64,000 nucleotides of DNA from Octopus sinensis (GCF_006345805.1 NC_043005.1:90334001-90398000), one strand, 5' to 3'; positions 24,505-37,616 are shown, counted from the first letter of the stretch. Notes: a model not told the origin generated them from the letters alone. Numbers and translations are program-made.

Positions 24505-24912
24505 GTGGCTGTGTGGTAAGTAGCTTGCTAACCAACCACATGGTTCCGAGTTCAGTCCCACTGCGTGGCACGTTGGGCAAGTGTCTTCTGCTATAGCCCC
24601 GGGCCGACCAAAGCCTTGTGAGTGGATTTGGTAGACAGAAACTGAAAGAAGTCTGTCGTATATATGTATATATATATATATATATAAGTGTGTGTGTATA
24701 TGTTTGTGTGTCTGTGTTTGTCCCCCTAGAATTGCTTGACAACCGATGCTGGTGTGTTTACATCCCCGTCACTTAGCGGTTCGGCAAAAGAAACTGATAG
24801 AATAAGTACTGGGCTTACAAAGAATAAGTCCCGGGGTCGATTTGCTCAACTAAAGGCGGTGCTCCAGCATGGCCGCAGTCAAATGACTGAAACAAGTAAA
24901 AGAGTAAAGAGA
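24505..24912 (+). mobile_element. Young SINE family A1 inserted into a family D SINE (halves 24405-24504, 24913-25020)
   Basis: Complete head, internal (TA)n(TG)n, tail GAAACAAGTAAAAGAGTAAAGAG; flanks rejoin into the family D body. Confidence 0.9.
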
Positions 24913-25460
24913 GTATGTCTGTGGGGTGCTCAGCCACTTGCACATTAATTCCACCAGCAGGCTTTTCCATTGGTTCGATCAACCGGAACTCTCGTTGTCA
25001 TAACCAATGAAGTACCAGTTTGTGTTTTTCTTTTCATTTTAACACTATTTTAACACTTTCTCATTTTAACACTGTAGAGTGTTTACACTATATTACACTA
25101 TTAACACTCTACCCTGTGGGAGTGGTTGATGTTAAGAAGGGCATCCAGGTTTAGAAAACCATGCAAAATCAGACTGGAGTCTGGTGCAGCCTTCCAGCAT
25201 GCCAGTCCAGTCAAACTGTCCAACACATGCCAGCATGGACAACGGACGTTAAATGATGATGGTGATGACTGACCAATTTACAGGTTATTTGTGGACTTAA
25301 AATTCTGAGTTCAAATCATACTTGAAGTACTCTTTACATTTAATAGACTGGCAATTCAGTATGATAGGCTAATATTATATGTAACAGGCTAACATTGTAA
25401 GGAGTAGACTAACCTTATATGAGGCTGAATTGCATTGCATCTCATTGGGCAGCGTTATGT

Positions 25461-25710
25461 ATGGTTGAATAGCATCATATGTGGTTGAATAACACTATAT
25501 CTGGTTGGATAGCTTTATATCTGGTTGAATAGCTTTATATCTGGTTAGATAGCATTATATCTGGTTGAATAGCTTTATATCTGGTTAGATAGCATTATAT
25601 CTGGTTGAATAACATTATATCTGGTTGGATAGCATTATATCTGGTTGAATAACATTATATCTGGTTGGATAGCATTATATCTGGTTGGATTGTTTTATGT
25701 ATAGTTGAAC
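25461..25710. repeat. 20-bp minisatellite, about 12 copies
   Basis: Unit CTGGTTGAATAGC(A/T)TTATAT in strict 20-bp phase; variants alternate in 40-bp pairs. Confidence 0.92.
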
Positions 25711-25888
25711 AGTAACATATATAGCAGAGTAGCAGCTTATCCAGGGGAAGGTTTGTCTCTCCGGCTACTGGGTTATGAGAAGCTTGAGCCACTGTTTGTG
25801 CCACATCTAAAGAAATTAAAATGAAAAATGTTATTCAATTCACTAAGAGTGATGGAATTTGTGAAATGAAGTATATTTTAGGACACAG

Positions 25889-26057
25889 GTATGGCTGTGT
25901 TCTAAGGAGTTTGCTTTCCAATCTTGTGGTTTCAAGTTCAGTTCCACTGTGTTATTTTGGTCAAGTGTTTTCTACTATAGCCTTGGAACTAGCCTTGTGA
26001 ATAAATTTGGTAGATGGAAAACAAAAGAAGCTCATCATGTGTGTGTGTGTTGGTGCA

Positions 26058-26070
<13 letters not shown>
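25889..26070 (+). mobile_element. SINE family A, 5' half
   Basis: GGCTGTGTTCTAAG head to GGAAAACAAAAGAAG plus microsatellite. Confidence 0.75.
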
Positions 26071-26084
<14 letters not shown>

Positions 26085-26088
<4 letters not shown>

Positions 26089-26505
26089 CTTTCTCTTTTC
26101 TCTCTTTTACTTGTTTCAGTCAATTTGACTGCGGCCATGCTGGAGCACCGCCTTTAGTCAAGCAAATTGACCCCCGGACTTATTCTTTGTAAGCCTAGTA
26201 CTTATTCTATCGGTCTGTTTTTCCGAACCGCTAAGTTACAGGGACATAAACACACCAGCATCAGTTGTCAAGCAATGTTGGGGGGACAAGCACAGACACA
26301 CAAACATATACACACATACATGTATATATATACATATACATATATACAACAGGCTTCTTTCAGTTTCTGTCTACCAAATCCACTTACAAGGCTTTGGTTG
26401 GCCTGAGGCTATAGTAGAAGACACTTGCCCAAGGTGCCATGCAGTGGGACTGAACCTGGGATCATGTGGTTGGTAAGCAAGCTACTTACCACACAGCCAC
26501 TCATA
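26085..26505 (-). mobile_element. SINE family A1, young, inverted relative to 25889-26070
   Basis: Full reverse-complement match to 24505-24912. Confidence 0.9.
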
Positions 26506-27054
26506 CGCCTATGGTAAATATAATAAATAAAACTTGTGTCTAACTCTTCACATTCCATTATCTTTTAACCATTACGATGCACATGTGAGAGGAAAATTCA
26601 CTGATGGCTGTGAGAATGGCAATACCAATGATGGTTATTAATAATTACTAATACTTAAATGGCCAATACTTGATTGGTCACTCTTGTACGTAAGTGCCTA
26701 CTTTCAGTTCATTTAGTCACGTATTTACTGATCTTGTTACTTCAAGAGAACACACAACAAGCAATGTCATTCCTGATGATGATGATGATGGATGAGGTTT
26801 CAAGTTGTTCTGACTTGCAAGAACAATAAAACTTGGCATGAAACACTTCCCGAATTGTTTTTTCCAAGTACTTTCGAGTCCTTAGATGCAAGCATGACTC
26901 TGTGGTTGAGAAGCTTGCTCCCACAGTCATTATGGTTTTTAAGTTGGCACATTCGGCAAGTGCCTTCTACAATAGTTCCAAGATGAACAAAGCCTCATGA
27001 GTAGATTTGGTAGATGGGAAACTGAAAGAAGTTTGTTGTTTATGTGTGTATAGC

Positions 27055-27470
27055 AGCTCCATTGTGTGACTTTTAGTGGACCCCAGCAACTTTGTGTTTC
27101 GGGGCCCCATTCCTTCAATCAAAATTCATAATCTGTGCACCCTTTATTCATAGCTATATTTTACTTTATTCTATCTGAAGTTCAATATTTCCCGTTATCC
27201 TAAAGGGCATCTTTAAAAGTACAACTTGTTAAATTTATTTAGGTCTCTTACAAATTTCAACAAGTAAAACTTCCAGATATGAATAAAAGAGCACTTTTAT
27301 AATCCAGGCAACTTTCAAAGACAAACATGGTGCACTTTTCACTTTGTGAAATCATCAATCAGTTCAGAATAATCAGGCTGAGAGCTAAGTTCGTCTTCAA
27401 TAGATATCATAGACAATCCACCAAAGTCTGGTACACGTTTGTGGTATATTGAGTTTGATGTGGGGTCATG
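27055..27470 (-). mobile_element. hAT transposon 3' relic
   Basis: Minus strand GGLSMISIEDELSSQPDYSELIDDFTK*KVHHV resembles the hAT dimerisation-domain end (RL.GL..LSIE.EL...DY...ID.FA..K); GGGGCCCC subterminal motif. Confidence 0.65.
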
Positions 27471-28399
27471 TGCCTTTTTTTTTTCCGTTCTTAGTTAATA
27501 TCCTTCTGGGATCAACATTGTTTATAGACTATTAGAAGGGTGTGTGTGTGTGTATGTGTGTGCATGTGCATGCATGTGTGTGTGTAATTGCGTGTGTGTG
27601 TGTGTGATTGCGTGTGCGCGTGTGTGTGTGTGTGATTGCGTGTGCACGTGTGTGTGTGTGTGTGCGTGTTTGCAAGTGGATGAGAAGTAATAGAGTAAAT
27701 GTCAGTTAATTACTGAGCTATTGATTAAATCAGCTAAACTCTTGCTCTCTTTTTCCTTCTCAACATGAAAATATGTGGACTTGTACCAAAATTAGAAACT
27801 GTTACCAATATCATCATCATTGTCATTATAGTCATTGTAATTAACATTCATTCTAATTAAGACTTGTCATGAATCAAATGAAGTTTGGGTAGCTGACTGA
27901 TCATACCTTTTCTGCTTTCATTCTCTCTCTCTCTCTCTCTCTCATTGCTATCACCTTTTCTATCTACTTTCATTATTTTCAAGTTGTCCCCACCCGGCTC
28001 TCTCTCTCTCTCTCTCTCTCTCTGCTGATTACACAATATCTCTTGACTCCAGAAACCATTAAGTCTGGGTCAGTGCTACCTTGCAGCAACAATAGTGATG
28101 GTGGTGGTGGTGGTGGTGGTGGTGACAGCACCTACAACCTATACAATACACACCAACCACAACACCACCACCACCCTAGCCTCCATCACTACCACCTCCA
28201 CTATTACTACCTCCATTCTGTGTAATACTCCACCATCATCACCATTTACACCACCGCCACCACCATCTCCATGTCTATCTCCATTATAGCTTCTTCCTTC
28301 ATCGCCACTTCTACTGTCACAACAACCACCACCACCATCGCCACCCCACCACCATCACTGCTAACACCAGCTGCACCAACACCACCATGTTTGCCTCCA

Positions 28400-28506
28400 C
28401 CCCCTTATTCTATCGGTCTCTTTTGCCGAACCGCTAAGTGACGGGGACATAAACACACCAGCATCAGTTGTCAAGCAATGCTAGGGGAACAAACACAGAC
28501 ACACAA

Positions 28507-28600
<94 letters not shown>

Positions 28601-28772
28601 CATATATACGACAGGCTTCTTTCAGTTTCTGTCTACCAAATCCACTCACAAGGCATTGGTCGGCCCGGGGCTATAGCAGAACACTTGCCCAAGGTACCAC
28701 ACAGTGGGACTGAACCCGGAACCATGTGGTTGGTTAGCAAGCTACTTACCACACAGCCACTCCTGCGCCTAT
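28400..28772 (-). mobile_element. SINE family A1 with expanded internal (CA)n(TA)n
   Basis: Reverse-complement match to family A1; internal tract about 110 bp. Confidence 0.88.
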
Positions 28773-29344
28773 TGCTTTTTTTATAATTTTCCATAATGTA
28801 TCTAGGAATACAACATCCAGCGTGTTCTTTTTGCCTTCCCAATCAGTTGGATATGGTTTGAGTAAGGTTCTAATAGGTGCCATGGCTGTTAGAAATAGCA
28901 GCCAAATCTCACTCAAACCTCATCCTATCATCTCAAAGACAAGATGGTCACAACTTGTGTTCCAGCAGTGACCATCCTGTCATTTTGTATAATAAGGCAG
29001 GATGGTCACAGCTGGAACAGCCGTACATTGTTTACTGTATCATTCTTTTTTTTATGATAATGTATAAATGTGTGTGTGGATGTATGTGTGGTGTGTGTGT
29101 GTGTGTGTGTGTGTGTGGATGTATGTATGGTGTGTGTGTGTGTGTGTGTGTGGATGTATGTATGGTGTGTGTGTGTGTGTGTGGATGCATGTGTGTGTGT
29201 GTGTGTGTTAATGTATGTGTCTGAACATATACGAGTGTGTGTGTGTAGATACAAGAAATTAAATAGTTGTTATACACTCAGCCGAAACGTGTTAACAACA
29301 AACAAGAGGACAAATATCCATCAAATGTAAATAATGTACATTGA

Positions 29345-29805
29345 CAGAGTGGCTAACCAGCTTCCATGCCAGTGGCACTTAAAAGGCACCATTCGAGCGT
29401 GATCGTTACCAGTGTCGCATTACTGGCACTCAAGCCCCGTGCTAGTAGGGTATTAAGAGCACCATCCGAGCGTGATCGTTGCCAGAGCGGCTATCTGGCC
29501 TCCATGCCAGTGGCACGTAAAAGACACCATTTAAGCAAGATCGTTACCAACGTCACCTTACTGGCACCTGTGCCGGTGGCATGTGTAAAAGATTCGAGCA
29601 AGGTCGTTGCCAGTGCCACCTGACTGGCCCCGTGCTGGTGGCACGTAAAAGCACCCACTACACTCTCAGAGTGGTTGGCATTAGGAAGGGCATCCAGCCG
29701 TAGAAACTCTGCCAGATCAAGATTGCCATCTGGTTAGCCAACCCTCAGTCATACGTCCAACCCATGCTAGCATGGAAGGCGGACGTTAAACAATGATGTT
29801 GATGA
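29345..29805 (+). mobile_element. RTE 3'UTR fragment with about five variant modules (family C)
   Basis: Repeated GCCAGTGGCAC(G/T)TAAAA..CGAGCGTGATCGTT(A/G)CCAG..CTGGC units, then the standard tail. Confidence 0.85.
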
Positions 29806-30139
29806 ATTCCTCATCTCTCAAATATGGAACTGAAACAATGATTACATTTGACAGAGTAATCAGAATGCAAACAGGTTAATGTACATTTTTCCCATGCTTA
29901 CCTGAGTCAGATTTTCTACTGTCAACCTCTTGTCAACCCTCACCTGTTTCCCTTCCGACAAAGGTAATATGGCATCATTTGTGTGAGGCTGATGGAGCTT
30001 GTGGAAGAGGGAGACCCATAAAGATAGGGGATGAAGTATTCAGGGCTGATCCCCAAACACTGAGCCTTATGAAAGGAATGACTAAGGACCAAGATATCTG
30101 GTACATTGTTGGACTCAGGAAGACCTGTCCTCCACAATG

Positions 30140-30351
30140 GAAATGATTCTGGCACTGGTGCCACATTAAAAGCACCCAGTACTCTCTGTGGAGTGGTTGG
30201 CATTAGGAAGGGCATCCAGCCATAGAAACACTGCCAGGACAGGCAATGGAGCCTGGTGCTGCCCCTGATCTTACCAGCTTCAATCAAACTATCCAATCTA
30301 TGCCAGTATGTAAATGGACATTAAAAGATGATGACAACGACAACAACGACA

Positions 30352-30394
<43 letters not shown>

Positions 30395-30400
30395 CATGAT
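30140..30400 (+). mobile_element. RTE tail fragment with (GAT/GAC)n tail
   Basis: GGAGTGGTTGGCATTAGGAAGGGCATCCAGCC..GGACATTAAAAGATGATG. Confidence 0.75.
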
Positions 30401-31317
30401 GTCAAGACAAGGAGACTCAAACTCACACACACAATATGTAATGGGCTTTCAGTTTCCATCTACCAAATCCACTCACAATGCTTTGGTTGACCTGAAGCTA
30501 TAGAAGAAGTTCTCTTGCCCAAGGTGCCAGGCATGGGGATTGGACCGTGGTTGGGAAGCAAACTTCTTAATCCCATTGTCATGTCTGCATGTGCATATAG
30601 GATTAACACTTCTTTATCCAGTTTTGTCACTTCCTTTTCAGGGATTGTAGGGGAGACAAAGATTTGGCTGTTATTTATAGCACGTCAAATCATCCTTCCA
30701 TGTAAAAGTCCCACTTGTTGGTTACCTGTGGTGTTGTTGGTGATGGTGGTGATGATTGGGGAACTGGAAGGAGCCAAAGATTTTGTTAGAAGTTATAAAA
30801 ACTCAAGTCCCTTCTTCTAGTAAAGAAGAAAAAATGGCTTCTGCTGCTGTTATTGTTGTTGTTGATGTTAGTGATGGTGGTGGTGGTGGGTTTCATCTCC
30901 CCCCTCCTTCACCACCACCACCATAAAGATGATGATGAGTGTGATAATGAATCTATTTCTTTTTTTTTTGTTTCTAAACCAGACACAGCATTCTCTTTCT
31001 GAATAAAGAAAGTAAAAATTAAACATAAAACAAACAATCAAACACATCTACATTTTTTCTCAGTATAACAACATTCGTCGTCATCAAGGCTGCCACCACT
31101 ACCACCACCACCACCACCACCACCACCATTATTAGCATCAATGCAACTATTATTGTAATCATTACCAAAACCATCACCACCACCACCATCACAGATATTA
31201 TTATCATCATCATCATCATCGTCATTATTGCTATCAAGTTATTACTGACACTTCCACCTTCTTTACTATCACTACTACCCTCATTAACCCCCCAGAGCAA
31301 TCATCATTCCTACCACC

Positions 31318-31348
<31 letters not shown>

Positions 31349-31579
31349 TCATCATCATCATCATCATCAGTAGCAACCGCAGCATGAATAATTTCAAAGT
31401 TATTCCATAAAGACCTACACCAGGATATTGAAAAACACATGTGAAAAGAAAGAGAAAAAAACCTTTTAATTTAAGGTCCCTCACTTGGGGATTCAGGGGT
31501 TTTTATTTTGGAACAGCCTACATTTTTGTCTTCTTTGATATCATCATCATCATCATCATCATCATAATCATTGTTTTAA

Positions 31580-31886
31580 CGTTCAGTTTTCCATGCTTGT
31601 TTGGGTCTGACAATTCTTTGGGTAGATTTTCTGTGGCCAGGTGTTCTTCCTGGTGTCAGTCCTCACTGGCTTTTAAGCAAGCTAATTTTGCCCCATGACC
31701 AAACATGTTTACATGCAAGATTGGTAAGGAATGGCACCACTTGCATGACAGTCACACTTGTCTATAACCATTGTGCAATGTCAAGATGTGGAGGCACACA
31801 CACACACACACACACATACACACACACATTCACACACACACACACATACACACACACACACATACACACACACATTCACACACACA

Positions 31887-31919
<33 letters not shown>

Positions 31920-32060
31920 TCAGACACACGTGAGAGGCTTCTTTCAGTTCTGTCTACCAAACCTACTCACAAGGCTTTGGTCAGCCCAGAGCTGAAGTAG
32001 GAGACACTTGCTCAAGGTGTCACACAATGGAACTGAACCCATCACACAGCCACATCTGCT
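31580..32060 (-). mobile_element. SINE family A2 with long internal (CA)n
   Basis: A-type head on minus strand, (CA)n 31795-31922, RTE-like tail adjoining (CAT)n at 31540-31570. Confidence 0.7.
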
Positions 32061-32199
32061 CCTACACAGCTATTTTGTTGGTTATCCTGGTGACACCCAT
32101 CTTCTCTTCATGATATGATTGCCATTATCTCTCAAGGAACTCACCTGCCTTTGACAGGTTTTGTTATTTAATTCTGCCAAGTGCGCACACAACCTCCTC

Positions 32200-32470
32200 A
32201 AATGGAAAGTCTAGCACTAGGCCAATTTAGTCACCAACCACTCAACCATTAGCAAGTAGTATACAGATACTTGTAGCAGGTTTCTATCAACCCACAATAG
32301 AATTGGTCCTCACCTGACATACAATATCCTTAATTATCTGCAAACATCATACCTTCTCCACCCACTGCTGTTATTTATTCAGAAGAATGTGTACCTGTGT
32401 TTTTTCTCTGCAAAGAATGTGACTGAGGAACCCCTCCATCTTACCTCATGCATGCAGCTTATATCTATTC
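32200..32470 (-). mobile_element. RTE LINE APE-endonuclease relic
   Basis: CMHEVRWRGSSVTFFAEKKHRYTFF*INNSSG resembles RTE APE motif C.QEVRWRG.S....GK..RY..FW.GN..G. Confidence 0.6.
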
Positions 32471-32787
32471 ACCTCTGCTCCAGTATTACGCCTGACCTAT
32501 CTCTCATTGTAATAATGTCTGTAACTGGCAGCCCTGAATTTTTGCACCTGACAGGATGAGGTATGTGTGTATACATATATGTATGTGTGTAAATATGTAT
32601 AGATATGTGTATGTGAATGTGTATATCTATGTGGGTATAAGTGTGGTTATGTGTGTGTATGTGTATATGAATGTATGTATGTGTGTGTGTATGTGTGCAT
32701 ATATATGTGTTTGTGTGTATATATGTGTGCATGTATTTGTATGTATGCTTGTATGTATGTATCTATATATGTATGTGTGTTTGTGTG

Positions 32788-32818
<31 letters not shown>

Positions 32819-33304
32819 CTATATATGTATGTATATGTGTAAAACCTTCCTTCCCTTACACACACACAAACACACACAATGTGCCGCCTTCCATTTACAA
32901 CAGAGTTAATGGCTAATGTTTACTGCTGGAGTAATGTACCATGTATATGTAAACTACAAACACTGCTGACTGATCAATAGATAAGATAGGTGTCCCCCCC
33001 TTCATCACCACCACCGCTGCCATCTCTTCCTATACAGGATCCATTCGATAAGCTAATACATGCCCACACTCTCTTGAAGTATTTTTAGGTTATCTTACAC
33101 GAGACATTATTCTTCTTAAGCACCTATAAATAGCTACTTTAGTATATCTGAGGCCAGACATGCATGCACACACACACAAGCACACACACATGCACACACA
33201 CACACACATGCATGCACACACACACACACACACACACAAACAAATATGTACTTGCATATGTATATGTGTCTATGAATATATATGTATGTATGTATATGTG
33301 TATG

Positions 33305-33692
33305 TGTTTGTGTGGCTGTGTAGTAAGAAGCATGCTTCACAACCACATGGTTCCGGGTTCAGTCCTACTGTGTGGCATCCTACTATAGCCTTGGATCGAC
33401 CAAAGCCTTGTGAGTGGATCTAGTAGAGACGGAAACTGAATGAAACCCGTTGTGTGTGTATATATATGTGTGTGTGTGTTTGTGTGTCTGTTTTTGTCTC
33501 CCCACCATCGCTTGACAACCGATGTTGGTGTGTTTACGTCCCTATAACTTAGAGGTTCGGCAGAAGAGACCAATAGAAATAAGTACTTGGCTTACAAGAA
33601 TAAGTCCTGGGGTCAATTCGTTCGACTAAAGTCAGTGCTCCAGCATGGCCACAGTCAAATGACTGAAACCAGTAAAGGAATAAAGAAATATA
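33305..33692 (+). mobile_element. SINE family A1
   Basis: Colinear with 24505-24912. Confidence 0.85.
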
Positions 33693-33801
33693 AATATATA
33701 TATCCATACATATGTATACACCCACAAATACAGACACTCACACACAGATATACATATATATGTATGCTTGTATGTATGTGTATATATATGTGTGTGTGTG
33801 T

Positions 33802-33912
<111 letters not shown>

Positions 33913-34087
33913 ATATATATTCCAGGCATTGACCCTCTAATCTCTGGAGAGCCTATTTCCTATTAGGTGTGCCTACATTGTTGCTGTGTATATGTGGCAT
34001 GGAAACATTTCATGAGTTGGAAGATGAACACACACACATACACATAAACTTACATACATACACTTGCACACATATGTACATCCATAC

Positions 34088-34125
<38 letters not shown>

Positions 34126-34235
34126 TTACATTAGTCACAAGTGTGATCGGTTTATTTATTAGATTTATTATTTCTAGTTTGACCCTTTATAATCTTTCCT
34201 TAGAATTTTTTCTGTATAATCATTTCCTCTGCATT

Positions 34236-34298
<63 letters not shown>

Positions 34299-34705
34299 AC
34301 CTGCCTGCCTGTCTGTCCGTCTGTGTGTGTGTATACATGTATGTACATGATCCTATTTACAAAGTAACAGAGGCTTTTCAGACTTGTCTAGTGCAAACTA
34401 CTCGTGTTTTATGTTGACTTTTTTTTTTTTTTCATTTAATTAAATTCTACACAATTTATTAATTTTATAAACGCACAAGATTGATTGATATGTTAACCAG
34501 ATCTCTGGGGTTCTTGTTTTGGGCCTTTGTCATTTTACTTTTCTGTTTCTGAGTATAATGAAACACACATACACACACATGCACACACACACACACACAC
34601 AAACAATGTGTTTATATATATGTTTAAGGAAGATATGTCCATAACTATATATATATATATATGGAAAATGGATGTTAAACAATGATGATGACGATGAGGA
34701 TGATG

Positions 34706-35100
34706 ATAAGCAAATATATAATCACAAACGATAGATAAATGTCAGTTCATTACAGCTGTTTCTAACACACTTTTTAATAGATGAATGAGTGCAGTACATC
34801 ATAGCAAAAATCCATTTCCATCAGATGATACAGGAGATTTCAAACAATGGGAAAACAATTCATGAACACAATGGGAACACATTTGGACACCAGCCCAAGC
34901 TGACCTGGAATGAGAGAACAAAGAAAAGGCTATAATGACCATAAAAAGAGCTAGAGAGACATTAGGAGTTTAGTTAGTGGATAAGGGCATAGCCAACATA
35001 CCTGTATGCTGGCTGTAAATCATCTAGTAAAAACTGCATTAGAAACAGCTGTAATGAACTGACATTTATCCATAGTTTGCGATTTATTTATTTGCTTATA
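34706..35100. repeat. About 60-bp inverted repeat with about 270-bp spacer, arms containing GAAACAGCTGTA
   Basis: ATAAGCAAAT..CATTACAGCTGTTTCTA (34706-34764) versus TAGAAACAGCTGTAATG..ATTTGCTTAT (35040-35099). Confidence 0.8.
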
Positions 35101-36169
35101 ATACACCAAAAGGAATTCCTGATCTGTTGGACATCCTGGAATTTACCAAACACCATGTGACCAATACAACATAGGCTTTGGACCAGCCCCAAGGTGTTAA
35201 ATACTCATAACGGTTAAATTCTCTGTATGCATAACCTGAATATTTTACTGGGTCTACTTCCCAACCCAGTGTATTTATTTGACTAAACGTGGTGTTTACA
35301 AGTTAATTCAACCCAACCTGGTGCCTACTATTTAAGTTCCTGATTCTATCCTGAATCCTTAATATTGTGTATGTGTGTGTGTTTTCCATGCTGGCATAGG
35401 TTAGATGGTTTGACTGGGGACTGGCAAGCCAGTGGGCTGCGCCAGGCTCCAGTCGGATGTGACAAGGTTCCTACAACTGGATGCCCTTCCTAACGCCAAA
35501 TCACAATCTTACAGTCATGAGCCCCTGTAATTTTAATCCATGACTAACAAAAAAAAAAACCCCACTTAGCTGTGTGGCCTCTATATTCCAAGAAACAATC
35601 CTTCTATCTGTAATGACTATTTCTAGAATACCTGAATTTCAGAATTAACAGAATTTCATGCCTCACAGTTGTTGAAAGCCAATCACAACACTCCCACGTG
35701 CAAACCTCTTCAAATCCAGGATGGACTTAACATCCTGTGATTCAAATATTTTAGTCATATAAAATGCCATCTGTTTGTTATCTGTTACATTTTCTATTAT
35801 CACATCTTGCTGTTTATTACCAATTCTTTTTTTTTTCTCTACATTCTGTGTTCAAATCCCACTGAGATGATAAACTTTGCCTTTTGTTTCTCCAGGCTCC
35901 AGAAACTAAAGTACCAGTCGAGGGGTCAAAGTAATCAACTAACCCCTTTCCCTTAAAAGTTGCTCTTGAATTTGTATCAGAAACAATTGTTATACCTTAC
36001 TGTTTTCCAGCTCTTAACATTCTGAGTTCATATTCCACTGAAGTCAACTTTGCTTTCATTCCACTGTGTTTGATAAAATAAAGTACCAGTCATGCACTTA
36101 GGTTGAAGTAAACCTCCTTCTCTTCAAAATTGCTAGCCTTGTGTGTAAATTAGAAACAAATATGATACC

Positions 36170-36376
36170 TATTTCTTTACTACCCACAAGGGGCTAAACA
36201 CAGAGAGGACAAACAAGGACAGACAAACGGATTAAGTCGATTAAATCAACCCCAGTACGCAACTGGTACTTAATTTATCGACTCCGAAAGGATGAAAGGC
36301 AAAGTTGACCTTGGCGGAATTTGAACACAGAACATAACGGCAGACGAAATACAGCTACGCATTTCACCCAGTGTGC
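36170..36376 (-). mobile_element. SINE family B with 9-bp TSD
   Basis: TATGATACC at 36161-36169 and 36377-36385. Confidence 0.9.
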
Positions 36377-36703
36377 TATGATACCTTGCTGTATTTAGTT
36401 GAGTACCTTTATGTTCTGAGTTCAAATCCCAGTCAAAGTTGACTTTCAAACACTGAGGTTATTTAAAAGAGGTACCATTTGAACACTGGAATCATTCAAA
36501 TCAACTCTTACCACCTCTCACATTTGAGGCCTTGTGTTACACAAATGAAAGTTTCTTAAGTTACATAGATGGAAAGGCGACTGCCTCTTCTTCTGCTAAA
36601 TACACAAGGATATTGAATAGATTTCTAAGAAATGAATTAGATTTTTTCCCAATGATTTGGAAATAGGTTTAAAATAGAGGACACAAAATTCTGTGTGTGT
36701 GGT

Positions 36704-36736
<33 letters not shown>

Positions 36737-36838
36737 TTATGTGTGTGTGTGTGTGTGTAAATAATAAGCAAATGGAAAACCTTTGTTGCAGCACACTTAA
36801 TTAGTGCTATGTATGAGCAAACTATAACATAAATCAAA

Positions 36839-37616
36839 CAGGATGACAGATTTTTGAAGGTCAAGTTCCTTTATCATGGGAATACAAAATACATAAAAAA
36901 TTCACTGAGATGTTAGATCTCAAGTGCCCCAAAATTATAATCCAAAGAAAAGCAGCAGTTCAAAATCTTACGGTCTTTTTGAGGACTGTGTTTGTATTAG
37001 GCAAGTCTTCCAGCCCAATACAAATAGTCGCATTTCTCTCATCAGAGGTACAAATAAAATGATTAAAATAGTTTAAAAATTGAGAAAGCTTAAAATATCT
37101 CCTCCTACTTACAGAACTTGGAGTCATATTGAGTAATGTTATATTGTTTTTTAAATGTTATAGAATCTTTAAAAAGGTTTGCAAGGATATAGAGAGGCTT
37201 GAAGGATATAGAAGTGGGAAAAGTTGTGAATGAAAATGGAATATTTGTAAAATGAAATAAAATGAGGACTTGGGTTAAACCTGGTTAACCATTTAACATT
37301 TTTGAAGAAAATATAACATTACCCAATATGACTCCAAGTTCTCTAAGTAGGAGGAGATATTTTAAGCTTTCTCAATTTTTAAACTATTTTAATCAATTTA
37401 TTTGTACCTCTGAAGAGAGAAATGCGACTATTTGTATTGGGCTGGGTAACTCGCCTAATACAAATGCATTCCTCAAAAAGACCGTAAGGTTCTGAACTGC
37501 TGCTTTTCTTTGGATTGTAATTTTGAAGCACTTGAGATCTAACATCTCAATGAATTTTTTATGTATTTTGTATTCCCATGATAAAGGAACATGACCTATG
37601 AAAATCTGTCAACCAG
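36839..37616. mobile_element. Fold-back/MITE-like element with about 310-bp inverted arms
   Basis: 36839-37150 matches the reverse complement of 37305-37616 at high identity; about 155-bp spacer; no ORF; no TSD seen. Confidence 0.8.

Noticed and set aside
25461-25710. CRISPR-like regular repeat
   Set aside because: Units are contiguous with no unique spacers, no cas genes, eukaryotic context.
29898-29945. Minus-strand CAG|GTAAGC donor
   Set aside because: Upstream sequence is a decayed SINE A2 tail fragment.
30641-30700. Strong acceptor followed by 60 nt open in one frame
   Set aside because: Donor GTAAAA is weak, peptide unrecognised, cannot be chained to other exons.
37405-37430. CTGAAGA-GA-GAAA (and CTGATGA on the other arm) in the fold-back element
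   Set aside because: No room for stem II and no flanking stem I.
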